A DNA stretch of 64,000 nt from an uncultured virus (IMG/VR IMGVR_UViG_3300035670_000104). Its lineage: Duplodnaviria > Heunggongvirae > Uroviricota > Caudoviricetes. Below the pieces are notes generated by a model, which saw only the letters and a program-made list of their open reading frames with translations, searched no databases and was not told where the DNA came from. The number at the start of each line of letters is the position of its first letter. The stretch's first letter is position 1. A program made the translations under genes and the position numbers. This document shows, piece after piece, positions 48,751 through 58,850 of the stretch. The DNA lies in IMG/VR virus record IMGVR_UViG_3300035670_000104; one strand, written 5' to 3'.

Positions 48751-49256
48751 TGAAAGATAGTCGCGTTGAGCGTTTTAACGTAATTACAGGTAAAGCTCCT
48801 AGTAAGGATATTAAGGAACTTTATAAGCAAATTGAGAACCAATGCACTTACCTCCTTGAAGAAGTCGAGGAGACTATGAAAGCTGCTCAAGAAGAAGACA
48901 TGGTTGAAGTTCTAGATGGAGTGGCCGATGTCAAGTACGTTGCTTCTCAGCTTCAAACTTTGCTAGAATCTGTTGGTGTGGACTTTGACGGGGCTTTTTC
49001 TGCTGTGTGCGAGAACAATGATTTAAAGTTCACAACTTTGTTTGGTGTCGCAGATAACTGGGCAGTGTATCACGACAAATCCGGCAAAGACGTGTACATT
49101 TCAAGTGTAGAATATGAAGGTGTTAATTACTACACAGTTTGTGACTATCACACAAACAAAACCTTGAAGCCTCAAAACTTTCCTCGTGTAGATCTGAAGC
49201 CCTTTATTCCAAACGATTTAATTGATTGGGATGTTCACTATAACTACGAACCATAA
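48750..49256 (+). CDS. MazG/PRA-PH-like NTP pyrophosphohydrolase
   Basis: LEEVEE..EVLDGVADVKYV; VCENNDLKF. Confidence 0.75.
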   Translation: MKDSRVERFNVITGKAPSKDIKELYKQIENQCTYLLEEVEETMKAAQEEDMVEVLDGVADVKYVASQLQTLLESVGVDFDGAFSAVCENNDLKFTTLFGVADNWAVYHDKSGKDVYISSVEYEGVNYYTVCDYHTNKTLKPQNFPRVDLKPFIPNDLIDWDVHYNYEP

Positions 49257-49458
49257 AGAGATTATTGATGCACATTGAGCATATCGTGAGTGAAGATGGT
49301 GATTGGGTGGTTATCAAGGTAGATGATAAAGAGTATTACTCAGGACACTCCGTGTCTGATTTTGTATGGATGACTTTGCTTCATACTGTGTCCAATCATT
49401 CAATTACATCATCGTCTAAAGAAATTTCTAATGAGGACATGGAAGAAGGGAATTATTA

Positions 49459-50121
49459 ATGTCTGAATCTGTTCTAAATACTCAGTATGGGGGTGAACAC
49501 TACAAAGGCAAGGCTATTCAACCTATTGAATATGCACATGCAAACAACCTCTCTTTCTTCCAAGGAAATGTAGTAAAATATGTTACTCGGTACAAAGATA
49601 AGAAAGGTGCAGAGGATATTGAGAAAGCTGTACACTACTTACAGATGATTCTTGAGTTTGAGTATGGTGTGAAAACTTCCTTTAAGAAGGAAGAAGATAT
49701 TTCTGAACAAGAGTGTGTTGATTATCACCAGAAGCTGTGGAAGGAAGGAACTATTCAGCCTCAATCACAGGTTAAACAGGAGAAGCCTGAGCAATGCGAT
49801 ACGTGTAAAGACGGCCTACTTCCTTGGCCTTATTCTGCAAGTAAGGATGGGAGTCCTTGCCACATGTGCAAAGCAGGCGAAGCATTGGCAGAAGCTAACC
49901 GTAAGCCTTGGTATCCTCCTGTAGAAGATGGTGGAAATCCTTGGATTGAGTGGAACAAAGGGTATATGCCTCTCGGTGCAACAGGGTGTCGTGTTGATCT
50001 TCTCCTCTTGGTTGAACAAGATGAACGCGAAGCTATTCATAATACTGGCGTATATGCTAATGACGTGGATTGGAGTTTACGCGGAGATATGTATGATATT
50101 GTTGCCTACCGTGTCGTATGA
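49459..50121 (+). CDS. DUF3310-domain fusion protein
   Basis: GGEHY, QPIE, GNVVKYVTRY, DIEKAVHYL; then CxxC..CxxC and a WIEW..DIVAYRV domain. Confidence 0.75.
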   Translation: MSESVLNTQYGGEHYKGKAIQPIEYAHANNLSFFQGNVVKYVTRYKDKKGAEDIEKAVHYLQMILEFEYGVKTSFKKEEDISEQECVDYHQKLWKEGTIQPQSQVKQEKPEQCDTCKDGLLPWPYSASKDGSPCHMCKAGEALAEANRKPWYPPVEDGGNPWIEWNKGYMPLGATGCRVDLLLLVEQDEREAIHNTGVYANDVDWSLRGDMYDIVAYRVV

Positions 50122-50184
50122 TACTGCCTGTGTTGTGACGGGGGCTCTTTAGAGTCCTATTTAAATCGGAGAAGGAGAGAAGAA

Positions 50185-51105
50185 TTGTATCTAAGTGAAG
50201 TTAAGAAGAGTCAGTGTACAGCACGAGTAGTTGCGTATTCAGTAAGTGAAGAAACTAATGAAAAGATTATTACTTTTGAATTAGAGTACCCTCGGCTAAT
50301 TCATTCCGAGCTGATGACGCACCGCCTGTTTAGCCGTAATGCAGCTTCAAGCCGAGCTATTCCTGTACAGAAGATGATCGAAATGGTGTTGGACAATCCG
50401 GCAATGCCTGTACGTTTTGGTAAGAATCAGTCCGGTATGCAAGATACTGGGGAAGATTTCCAAGGTGTAGTAAATTTTGGTGCCTTGAGCCTTCTTTCAG
50501 AAGATGCTTGGAGTTGGGCAGCACGAGATGCTGCAGAGATGGCTAGTAAGTTTTCGACGGCTGGCTTTCATAAGCAGATTGCTAACCGACTATTAGAGCC
50601 TTTTCAATATATCAAGACGGTTGTTACGTTTACGGGTAATGGTAGTAATTTCTACGGATTGCGTGACCACCCTGATGCTGATCCAACAATCTGTGAACTA
50701 GCTCAGGCAATGAAGGAAGCCCAGGACGGGGCTAAGGTTCGTGTGCTTGGTGTAGGAGATTGGCACCTGCCTTACTATGAGAACGGCGTGTTCCGTAAAG
50801 GTATTGATAAAGGGTTGGAACAAGCAAAACGAATCTCAGCTTCTTGTTGTGCTCAAGTCAGTTTCCGAAAGCTAGACAATTCTTCTGAAAAAGCAGATAA
50901 GGTGTTTGAACGTCTGGTAGAATCTAAGCCTGTGCATGCAAGTCCTACAGAACACCAAGCCACCCCACTTAAGGTAGGTGTTGGTTTTCGGAGTAAGTAT
51001 GTGACGCACATTGACCGAAATGGAAATCCTTGGAGTGGTAATTTCCGTAACTGGGGTCAGTTTCGGCAAGTGATTGAGGGTAATGTAATTCAGGATGCTG
51101 AATAA
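50185..51105 (+). CDS. thyX: flavin-dependent thymidylate synthase
   Basis: ELMTHRLFSRNAASSR; HASPTEH. Confidence 0.88.
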   Translation: MYLSEVKKSQCTARVVAYSVSEETNEKIITFELEYPRLIHSELMTHRLFSRNAASSRAIPVQKMIEMVLDNPAMPVRFGKNQSGMQDTGEDFQGVVNFGALSLLSEDAWSWAARDAAEMASKFSTAGFHKQIANRLLEPFQYIKTVVTFTGNGSNFYGLRDHPDADPTICELAQAMKEAQDGAKVRVLGVGDWHLPYYENGVFRKGIDKGLEQAKRISASCCAQVSFRKLDNSSEKADKVFERLVESKPVHASPTEHQATPLKVGVGFRSKYVTHIDRNGNPWSGNFRNWGQFRQVIEGNVIQDAE

Positions 51106-51114
51106 GGAGATACA

Positions 51115-51510
51115 ATGGCTAAAGTACCGTTTAATGTGAGTGTGTTTGATCTAAACCATGTTCTATCTCAAGTAGATAAAACTGTAGACGATTTGACACA
51201 ACAAGAGATTGAAGAGATTTTGTTTTCAATTGGAATGGACAAGAAGGGAATTGAAACAGAAGAAGTGATGCATCGTCCAATGTATTCTCCCAATCATCAG
51301 CCTTGGTTTGGTAAGCGATATACAGGGTTTGAACGGCAGGATAAGGAATGGATGTATTACAGTGGTAAGTGTAGTTTGGAAAACATTATCAGTAGTCAAG
51401 GCGATGCCGATCACAAGGCAGATTTGATGATGATGAGCCGTCAGCCAAACTTTACAGAAGAGTATTGCTTGTCTTTGGAGGAGCAATCTAAGGGTGGTAA
51501 TCTAAGTTAA
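51115..51510 (+). CDS. hypothetical protein
   Basis: AGGAG RBS. Confidence 0.65.
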   Translation: MAKVPFNVSVFDLNHVLSQVDKTVDDLTQQEIEEILFSIGMDKKGIETEEVMHRPMYSPNHQPWFGKRYTGFERQDKEWMYYSGKCSLENIISSQGDADHKADLMMMSRQPNFTEEYCLSLEEQSKGGNLS

Positions 51511-51531
51511 TAAGAAGAAAGGTTAGTTATA

Positions 51532-52536
51532 GTGAGCAATATTCCACGTATCCTTACACCAAAGGAAACATTTGTAGTGGACTATCCAGAAGCTATTGAG
51601 TTTATGAATAGTCAACAAAAAATCTTCTGGCCTCATTTTGAGGTGAAGGTTGGTAAGGACAAACAAGACATTCTTGTAAATATGACAGAGGCGGAACGAC
51701 ATGGTACTATTGAGGTACTCCGCCTTTTTACAAAGTATGAGGTTATTATTGGGAACGAATTCTGGATCAATTGGGTGATGAAGAAGTTCCCCCGGCCAGC
51801 AGATATTCACCCGATGGCTGCCATGTTTGGTGCTACAGAATTGGCTATACATCAAATGTTTTACAAGACCCTTAACGAAGAGATTGGTGTAGCAACAGAT
51901 GAATTCTACAACTCCTATAAAGAAGATGCAGAGTTAGCAGCACGAATTGCTTATCTTGAGAATGCGCTGAAAGGTAAGAACGACCTGAAAGCTCTCGGCA
52001 GTTTTACTTTTGGTGAGGGTGCTGTACTCTATGTGTCTTTTGCCTTTTTGAAGCACTTCCAAAGTCAAGGTAAGAACAAGCTGTTGAATGTTGTGTCTGG
52101 AATTAATTTCAGTAGTCGAGATGAGAATCTACATGCAGAAGCCGCAGCATGGCTATTTCGCACATTGAAGAAAGAAGGGTACGAGAGTGGTTTGTATTCT
52201 GATGAGTATCTTGAGGATGTAAAAAACTACATCTACCAAGCCGCTAATGAAGTGCTGGAGCATGAGAAAGTCATCATCAAGAAGATTTTCTCTAAGGGTA
52301 AGATTGAGGGTATTACAGAACATCAACTACACAATTTTGCAATGAGTCGTATTGATCTTTGCTTGAAAAATCTTGGTTATGAGCCTTTGTTTAAGGTAGA
52401 ATATAATCCAATTGGAGAGTGGTTCTACAAAGGCATTACAGGCTACATGGCACAAGACTTTTTCAACTCTCAGGGTAATCAATACCAGCGAGATTGGAGT
52501 GCAATGGGTTTTACGTGGAATAAGAAGGGAGATTGA
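51532..52536 (+). CDS. nrdB: ribonucleotide reductase class I beta subunit
   Basis: FW..E, ELAIH..FY, EG..LY.SF, RDENLH, DFF. Confidence 0.92.
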   Translation: MSNIPRILTPKETFVVDYPEAIEFMNSQQKIFWPHFEVKVGKDKQDILVNMTEAERHGTIEVLRLFTKYEVIIGNEFWINWVMKKFPRPADIHPMAAMFGATELAIHQMFYKTLNEEIGVATDEFYNSYKEDAELAARIAYLENALKGKNDLKALGSFTFGEGAVLYVSFAFLKHFQSQGKNKLLNVVSGINFSSRDENLHAEAAAWLFRTLKKEGYESGLYSDEYLEDVKNYIYQAANEVLEHEKVIIKKIFSKGKIEGITEHQLHNFAMSRIDLCLKNLGYEPLFKVEYNPIGEWFYKGITGYMAQDFFNSQGNQYQRDWSAMGFTWNKKGD

Positions 52537-54227
52537 TTTTGACAAGTGTATATGAACGTTTGAGCGAAGAACGAAAGAAGTTGCAAGAACAAGATTTGGC
52601 TCCTGCATTCTGGTCTACAGGCGGGTATCAGCTATTCAAGGAAAAGTATCTGTACCAAGCTGCAAACCCTCGTGAGCAGTATGAGCGTATTGCACGAACC
52701 CTTGCCACGCATACCCCTGACCCTCATAAGTGGTTTACTAAGTTCTTTGACATCATGTGGAAGGGTTGGTTGAGTCCTTCAACTCCTATTTTGGCTAATA
52801 CAGGAACAAGTCGTGGACTGCCTGTGTCGTGTGCTGGTTCGTATTTCCCGGATTCCATTGATGGGATTTATAAAGCAAAGCATGAAACAGCTATGCTAAC
52901 AAAGTATGGGTTCGGTACTGCTGGCTATCTCGGTGATGTTCGACCTCGTGGTGCTAAAATCTCTGTAGGTGGTAAGAGTATAGGTGTTCTACCCATTGTC
53001 CAGGGTATGCAGCACGACATGGAATATGTTGCACAAGGTACTGCACGTCGCGGTTCTTGGGCAGCGTATCTTCCTGTAAGTCATGGAGACTTTGATGAAG
53101 TTTGTGACTACCTAGAGCAACACCCGGACGGCAATAATGTTGGATGGGTTTGGTTGGACAGTGACACAGAGAAGATGCAGCAGGGTGATGAGGAAATGCT
53201 TCGACGTTACCAGCGCATTATGAAAACTAAGATGGTGACAGGTAAGGGATACTTCTCTTTCCAAGATAAGCAAAACCGTGCCCGCCCTGAGTGGTATGTC
53301 AAAAATAACCTTGACATCAAGGCCCCACAGCTCTGTAATGAGGTTATGCTCCACTCTAGTGAGGACTACACTTACACTTGTGTCCTGGCTAGTATGAATT
53401 TGTTGTACTGGGATGACTGGAAAGATACAGATGCTGTTTTTGTAGCTACTGTGTTTTTGGATGCTGTAGCTCAGGAATTTATTGAACGAGCCAAGAATGT
53501 GTCTGGACTGGAAAAAGCAGTAGCGTTCACAAAGAAGTCGCGGGCTTTAGGTCTTGGTGCTTGTGGACTGCACAGCTTGTATATTAGCAAGATGCTTCCT
53601 TTTGGTAGCTTGGAGGCTTATATCCTGAACAGTGAGATTTTCCGAGTAATTCGAGAACAGGCAGAGGAAGCTACAAAGTGGATTGCTGCTCACTACGGAG
53701 AACCGGAGTGGTGTAAGGGATATGGCCGTGCCAATAGTCACGTAATGGCCGTCGCCCCAACTAAGAGCACCTCACTTATCATGGGGGCGGTGAGTGAAGG
53801 CATCAACCCAGATACGGGCATGGTGTTTACACAACGCTCTGCTGGAGGAGAGATTGACCGAATCAATCCTTTCTTGCTGAAGCTAATGAAGGACAGAAGT
53901 GTTTACAACAAAACCACAGTGGAGCGTATTCGTACTGCAATGGGTAGTGTTCAAAACGAAGACTGGTTGACACAAGACGAAAAGGAAGTGTTCAAAACAG
54001 CCTTTGAGATCAACCAAAACGACATCATCAATCAAGCAATTGATCGTGGTGTTTATCTTGACCAATGGCAATCTTTGAATCTTTTCTTTAGTGCGGAAGA
54101 GGATGAGTCTGTGATCTCAGAAATTCACCAACGTGCTATCGAAGAAGAGGGTATTCTGGGCCTGTACTACATCTACTCACAAGCAGGAGTGCAAGCGTCT
54201 AATGGCGAGTGTCTAGCCTGTCAATAA
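52533..54227 (+). CDS. nrdA: ribonucleotide reductase class I alpha subunit
   Basis: STPILAN, VSC, QLCNE, APT, LYY, C-terminal CLACQ. Confidence 0.93.
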   Translation: MILTSVYERLSEERKKLQEQDLAPAFWSTGGYQLFKEKYLYQAANPREQYERIARTLATHTPDPHKWFTKFFDIMWKGWLSPSTPILANTGTSRGLPVSCAGSYFPDSIDGIYKAKHETAMLTKYGFGTAGYLGDVRPRGAKISVGGKSIGVLPIVQGMQHDMEYVAQGTARRGSWAAYLPVSHGDFDEVCDYLEQHPDGNNVGWVWLDSDTEKMQQGDEEMLRRYQRIMKTKMVTGKGYFSFQDKQNRARPEWYVKNNLDIKAPQLCNEVMLHSSEDYTYTCVLASMNLLYWDDWKDTDAVFVATVFLDAVAQEFIERAKNVSGLEKAVAFTKKSRALGLGACGLHSLYISKMLPFGSLEAYILNSEIFRVIREQAEEATKWIAAHYGEPEWCKGYGRANSHVMAVAPTKSTSLIMGAVSEGINPDTGMVFTQRSAGGEIDRINPFLLKLMKDRSVYNKTTVERIRTAMGSVQNEDWLTQDEKEVFKTAFEINQNDIINQAIDRGVYLDQWQSLNLFFSAEEDESVISEIHQRAIEEEGILGLYYIYSQAGVQASNGECLACQ

Positions 54228-54232
54228 CAACA

Positions 54233-54253
54233 GAGGGCTTTTGCCCTCTTTTT
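54233..54253 (+). terminator. intrinsic terminator
   Basis: AGAGGGC/GCCCTCT + T-run. Confidence 0.75.
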
Positions 54254-54264
54254 AAAGGGAATTT

Positions 54265-55101
54265 ATGCAAGAAATTACAATTAGCCCAGGTCAATACCTG
54301 AATCTTACAGCTCAAGGTGCTCCTAACACACAACTCTTGGTGCAAAACCAAGGCCCGAATGTGATGTACCTCATCAAGTCGTCTACACCTCCTTCCAATA
54401 ACAATCCTTCGTTTGATGTGAAGGCTGGGGAGGATTGCACAATTGATAACACATCCGGTGATTGGTGGGTTTCTACAGTTCAGACAGGGCGTTTGTTTGT
54501 GACACCAAGTACCGAAATTTTTAGTTCTGGTAGCTCCATTCCACTTGATTTGTACACCTCCACTACTGAAGGGTTCCGTAGACTGCGTGTAGATTCTGAG
54601 CAAACTTCGTTCTTTGCTGGTAGAGAGTTCCGTACTTTCTATGAATTCAATATTCCAGCTAACAACGTACAAACTATCAAGTTTAACTCTCCCATTGATT
54701 TTATTTTGTGGGAACAAAATCTTGAACTAGATGCTGGTAGTATTCGTCTTGAGGTGTTTACAGGCACTGTGACTGAGATTGCTACGTTTAATATAGCCCT
54801 CCCAAAGGTGGGCAAGAATCGTATGATTTCTCGTCAACAGCCATACTACACTTCTGTGATTAATGCAACAACGCATAGCGCCCCTGTTGCTCTTGGTAAT
54901 AGTATTAACGTAACATCGGCTACACAAACTGATAAGCTTCGTCTTGTAGCAGCTAATGCTACTGCACAACAGCAGTCTGTGTCTGGTGGTGCTCAGAGTG
55001 AACGTGGTATTCCTCCAGGAAGCTACTACATCCGCCTGCATAACTTTGGCTCTGGAGCAGCTACAGGGACTTACTCTGTCATTTGGGAAGAACGTCCATA
55101 A
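54265..55101 (+). CDS. hypothetical beta-rich protein, possibly virion-associated
   Basis: Thr/Ser/Asn/Gly-rich 278-aa ORF. Confidence 0.6.
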   Translation: MQEITISPGQYLNLTAQGAPNTQLLVQNQGPNVMYLIKSSTPPSNNNPSFDVKAGEDCTIDNTSGDWWVSTVQTGRLFVTPSTEIFSSGSSIPLDLYTSTTEGFRRLRVDSEQTSFFAGREFRTFYEFNIPANNVQTIKFNSPIDFILWEQNLELDAGSIRLEVFTGTVTEIATFNIALPKVGKNRMISRQQPYYTSVINATTHSAPVALGNSINVTSATQTDKLRLVAANATAQQQSVSGGAQSERGIPPGSYYIRLHNFGSGAATGTYSVIWEERP

Positions 55102-55110
55102 GGAGGAAAT

Positions 55111-55377
55111 ATGAAGAAGATTGACTTGAATTCTTCTCCTTCTTCAATTCTTTCTGCTACAATCGGAAGTGTATTTCTTCTAGACGAGGCAGAATTTGTT
55201 CTAGAAGGAGACAACCTTGTGTTCTTGACACTGGTTGACAGCGAGGAAGAAGAGGAGTACAATACTTCGTCTGGATACAAGAGATGGGCACATGTCCGAA
55301 ACAAAGCAGGGTATGCTTTGATGACAAGACAAGAGATGTGTGATATGATTGAGTCTGGAAATTACTTTATTGAATAG
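55111..55377 (+). CDS. hypothetical protein
   Basis: AGGAGG RBS. Confidence 0.6.
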   Translation: MKKIDLNSSPSSILSATIGSVFLLDEAEFVLEGDNLVFLTLVDSEEEEEYNTSSGYKRWAHVRNKAGYALMTRQEMCDMIESGNYFIE

Positions 55378-55385
55378 GAGAAGTT

Positions 55386-55775
55386 ATGGAAATGTTTTAT
55401 CCAAAGCCAGGAGACACCATCGTTTGTCGTAATGGTAAAGAATATACGTGTGTAAGCAAAGGTGATTACACATCTAAAGATGTCTATCCAAATCATGTAA
55501 TTTTCGCACATGGGAAAGATTTTCCATACAACTGCGGGAGTCACAATTGTTGGGAGGATCACACAGGCAAAGTACGGCACGCAGAAGGCTTTGACATCGT
55601 AAAGATTATTCCTAGTAAAGTAGAAATCTGCTCTATTGATGCTGTACTAGCTGCTCTGGAAGCTCTTGGTATTTCCCATCCGGGAGAAGAAATTCTTGCA
55701 GACACTCTGAAGAAAGTTGTTGACCCAGACTACCCTAAGTATCTGGAATTGAAGAAGAAGTTTGAAGGAGAATAA
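55386..55775 (+). CDS. hypothetical protein
   Basis: AGGAG RBS. Confidence 0.6.
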   Translation: MEMFYPKPGDTIVCRNGKEYTCVSKGDYTSKDVYPNHVIFAHGKDFPYNCGSHNCWEDHTGKVRHAEGFDIVKIIPSKVEICSIDAVLAALEALGISHPGEEILADTLKKVVDPDYPKYLELKKKFEGE

Positions 55776-55777
55776 TC

Positions 55778-56098
55778 ATGACTACTTCAGTAGATGATTG
55801 GATGAAACACCAAGCAATTGCTCAATATCCTGTCCATGACCAAATGTATGTTTCTACAACAACTTCTGTAGAAACTAAAGCTCTTTGCTCTGTTCTACGA
55901 AAGGCGGAACAAGGCGGAGAACGAAAGCTAGTTGAAACAATGATTGAAATCTGTGATCCTCAGAGTGGACTACGCTTTGAACAGGTTTGGGATTGGTGGA
56001 AGAAACATAAAGCAGAGGATGAGTTGAAGAAGGTTGTACAAGTTAGCGTTCCTTTTCAACAAATTTATGATCCAACCAAAGTTACAGTTATTTGTTAA
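55778..56098 (+). CDS. hypothetical protein
   Basis: AGGAG RBS. Confidence 0.6.
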   Translation: MTTSVDDWMKHQAIAQYPVHDQMYVSTTTSVETKALCSVLRKAEQGGERKLVETMIEICDPQSGLRFEQVWDWWKKHKAEDELKKVVQVSVPFQQIYDPTKVTVIC

Positions 56099-56255
56099 GG
56101 AGAAGAAGTATGGAGCAAAAACTCAAAGCCATTATTGAACTTGCGGACACTGCACTAGATATGGACGATCAAGGTATCATTGATGCACTCTACGAAATCA
56201 AACATAAAGCAAGAGAGGTTCTAGAAATGATGTGGGATTTGGAGGGAGAAGACTA

Positions 56256-56492
56256 ATGCGTGAGACAGGGTATGTTGTAATGGGTAAGCCTAATTGTGCA
56301 GGCTGTGAACAAGCTAAAGCTCTACTTGAAGCTAAAGGAGAAGGCTATGAATACATTGACGTAATGCGTAGTCCAGAAGCTCAAGCTTTGTTCCGTGAAC
56401 GAGGCTTTCGTAGTGTTCCTCAGATTTTTCTGGATGGGGAGCATATTCCTGATGGCTTCAATGGTCTGAAGAAAAAGCTAGAGAATACTTGA
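56256..56492 (+). CDS. glutaredoxin
   Basis: CAGC active site; RSVPQIF. Confidence 0.9.
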   Translation: MRETGYVVMGKPNCAGCEQAKALLEAKGEGYEYIDVMRSPEAQALFRERGFRSVPQIFLDGEHIPDGFNGLKKKLENT

Positions 56493-56499
56493 CTAATTT

Positions 56500-56550
56500 A
56501 AGAGGACTTATAAGAATTATCTTGTAGTCCTCTTTTCTTTGGTCTACAAT
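56500..56550 (+). promoter_or_regulatory. terminator overlapping sigma70-type promoter
   Basis: AAGAGGACT/AGTCCTCTT stem + T-run; TTGTAG-17 nt-TACAAT. Confidence 0.65.
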
Positions 56551-56816
56551 TCAAGCATGTTCAATAAAGGAGATTAGATGTTTAAGCTATCCAAAGGTGA
56601 TGTATGCATGATTAAATATGCTCCAGAAGCCTATGACGAATTGAATGGGTGGGTTGTAAAATTGCGACAAGGAAGTTTGTACAACGAGGTAGAGTCGTGG
56701 TATACTGAAGAACAAATTCCAAACATCTTCTCCGAAGTTATGTTTCCGATTCCTGAGAGTTGGTTGTGGAAGTTTGAAATTCAAGCAAAGCCTTAATATT
56801 TGTAAAGGAGAAATCT

Positions 56817-57380
56817 ATGAGTAAGTTTAAAGTTGGTGACAAAGTAGTTGGGAACATGCTACCAAATGATAAAGGGGTTCTCTATCTTCACACCTACCTT
56901 ACACAAAATAAGGTATACTATGTTGAGAAGGTGGAGAGTGGTTTGGTTGTAGTTACGGCTGACGATGGAGTCACCTCTTATTGGTCGGAAGACTGGTTTA
57001 AACTTTATGAAGAAAAGGGAACAGAAATGACAGCAGAACGTATTCGTGAAGATATTCTTCACATTGAAAAGCGTATTGAAGAAGCTAAGAAAGACATTAC
57101 TTCTATGGAACAAGAGAAGAATGCTCTTATCGAGAAGCTTCGTGAGAAGGGGTTTACATTGACTGGTGAAATTTCTCGGACGGATAGCGATAAACCTTTT
57201 CTAGAAATCGGGGCTGCATATGTTGTCAATGACAGTGAGGAGGCTTCTACATATTTTAGGGCTGGTACTAAAGTCAAATTGCTTGACATAGATGTAAGAG
57301 ATACAGCTTTTAATGTGAAAGTTGAAAATGATGTCGGCGATAAAGACTGGATGAATTCCACAGGTCTTACTAAGATTTAA
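56817..57380 (+). CDS. hypothetical protein
   Basis: KFKVGDKV start; central coiled coil; AGGAG RBS. Confidence 0.65.
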   Translation: MSKFKVGDKVVGNMLPNDKGVLYLHTYLTQNKVYYVEKVESGLVVVTADDGVTSYWSEDWFKLYEEKGTEMTAERIREDILHIEKRIEEAKKDITSMEQEKNALIEKLREKGFTLTGEISRTDSDKPFLEIGAAYVVNDSEEASTYFRAGTKVKLLDIDVRDTAFNVKVENDVGDKDWMNSTGLTKI

Positions 57381-57388
57381 ATAAAAAG

Positions 57389-57420
57389 AAGCCTACAAGA
57401 TGATGAGTCTTGTAGGCTTT
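57389..57420. terminator. bidirectional terminator-like hairpin
   Basis: AAGCCTACAAGA-TGATGAG-TCTTGTAGGCTT. Confidence 0.75.
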
Positions 57421-57450
57421 AGTCGTTGAGGGAATATATAGGAGGAATTT

Positions 57451-58176
57451 ATGGACGTTGGGGAAGTATACGAAAGTAAGAGATGTGGTAAATTGGAAAT
57501 TTTAGAATATATCAACTACAAGAATGTTGTTGTAAAATTTCAAGATACTGGTGAAGTATATACCTTTTATAAACAGGCAATCGTATCTGGGAATGTCTTG
57601 GATAGAATGTGCCCAACTGTGGTAGGAGTGGGCTACCTAGGCAGGGGAGGTTTTAAAGCCACACACGATGGGAGAAATTCAAAATGTTACCGTGCGTGGG
57701 TTGCTATGCTCACCCGATGCTATGATCCTGAAAGTTGGCACGAATCCTATATTGGATGTTCGGTCGATGATAATTGGCACAATTTTCAAAATTTTGCAGA
57801 ATGGTACTACACTAATTACATCGAAGGTTGGGAAGTGGATAAGGATTTTTGTGTCTTTGGAAATAAACACTATAGTAAGGAATTTTGTACATTCATTCCA
57901 CAGGAAATAAACACTTTTGCTCCAAGAAGTAACAAAAGAAAATTCCAAGGATTCACTATGACAAGCTCGGGGAAATTTGTGACACAATTGCTAAGCAATA
58001 GGTTTGGGAATTACTATAAAATATTCAATACATCGGAGGAGGCTTATTCTGATTACTGTAGAGTTAAAAATATTGATGCTGGACTTTTAGCTGAGAAGTG
58101 GAAAGGTGAAATAGATGAGAGAGTTTATGCAAATTTGGTAAATTTCGACACAGATGCATATATAAATTCTTTCTAA
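57451..58176 (+). CDS. HNH-family homing endonuclease (distinct subfamily)
   Basis: W..MLTRCY, WHNFQNFAEW, EVDKD, YS..FCTFIP..IN. Confidence 0.8.
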   Translation: MDVGEVYESKRCGKLEILEYINYKNVVVKFQDTGEVYTFYKQAIVSGNVLDRMCPTVVGVGYLGRGGFKATHDGRNSKCYRAWVAMLTRCYDPESWHESYIGCSVDDNWHNFQNFAEWYYTNYIEGWEVDKDFCVFGNKHYSKEFCTFIPQEINTFAPRSNKRKFQGFTMTSSGKFVTQLLSNRFGNYYKIFNTSEEAYSDYCRVKNIDAGLLAEKWKGEIDERVYANLVNFDTDAYINSF

Positions 58177-58180
58177 AAAT

Positions 58181-58214
58181 AAAGCCTCTACATTGATGAG
58201 ATGTAGAGGCTTTT
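58181..58214. terminator. bidirectional terminator at convergence point
   Basis: AAAGCCTCTACAT-TGATGAG-ATGTAGAGGCTTT. Confidence 0.8.
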
Positions 58215-58252
58215 AATATAGAGGAATTGATTGTTCTTATTGTTATTTCTTA

Positions 58253-58561
58253 CTATCGCTTTTCTCTGAGCATGTTGATATGAAAGATGATGTCTCCCTT
58301 CATTCCATCCATGTTTTTTGAGATTCTTTCTTCCATTTCTCTTAGCTCTTGCTTACTCACCTTGTCTACCTGAAGCTGTTGAACTCTTACATCAAGCTGT
58401 TCAATTTTTTCTTCTTGTTTCACATAAAGCCAAGCACACAAAGCTACCAAGCTGCAAGCAATGTAGATTGCAAATCTCTCCCAATACATTGCAAGCTTAG
58501 AGTCGATAATCTGAGAAGGGCTTGTAGAGTTGTTTGTAGAGTTATTTTGATGTCTCTCCAC
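58253..58561 (-). CDS. single-TM coiled-coil protein of lysis cassette (holin/antiholin candidate)
   Basis: One TM followed by coiled coil; last gene of cassette. Confidence 0.5.
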   Translation of the reverse strand: MERHQNNSTNNSTSPSQIIDSKLAMYWERFAIYIACSLVALCAWLYVKQEEKIEQLDVRVQQLQVDKVSKQELREMEERISKNMDGMKGDIIFHINMLREKR

Positions 58562-58850
58562 TTTGCTTTTCTCCTTCCTTCACGTTATCGAAGTATTTTC
58601 GTTGTTCTTCTACTTGTGCTTCGTACTTCTTTCCACACAACGTATTATGTACGTAAGCATCTCCAAGCTCTCCGACAGTTTCTCCGGGAGGCTGTAGGAC
58701 ACAAAACTTCTGCATCAAAGACACAGGTAAGGACACAAATACAACATGTTCCTCTGGCGTTCCATCATTCAGAAACCGCGTCATTGAGCAAGCGCTTAAC
58801 ATCATCAGGCAGCTTACGATCAAGAAACTTTTTAGTATCCTCATTAGCAT
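58542..58850 (-). CDS. o-spanin (lipoprotein)
   Basis: Lipobox LSAC; overlaps 3' end of i-spanin. Confidence 0.75.
   Translation of the reverse strand: MLMRILKSFLIVSCLMMLSACSMTRFLNDGTPEEHVVFVSLPVSLMQKFCVLQPPGETVGELGDAYVHNTLCGKKYEAQVEEQRKYFDNVKEGEKQSGETSK

Noticed and set aside
57401..57407. Hammerhead ribozyme core (TGATGAG)
   Set aside because: It is the loop of a single hairpin; no leading C, GAAA or three-stem junction.
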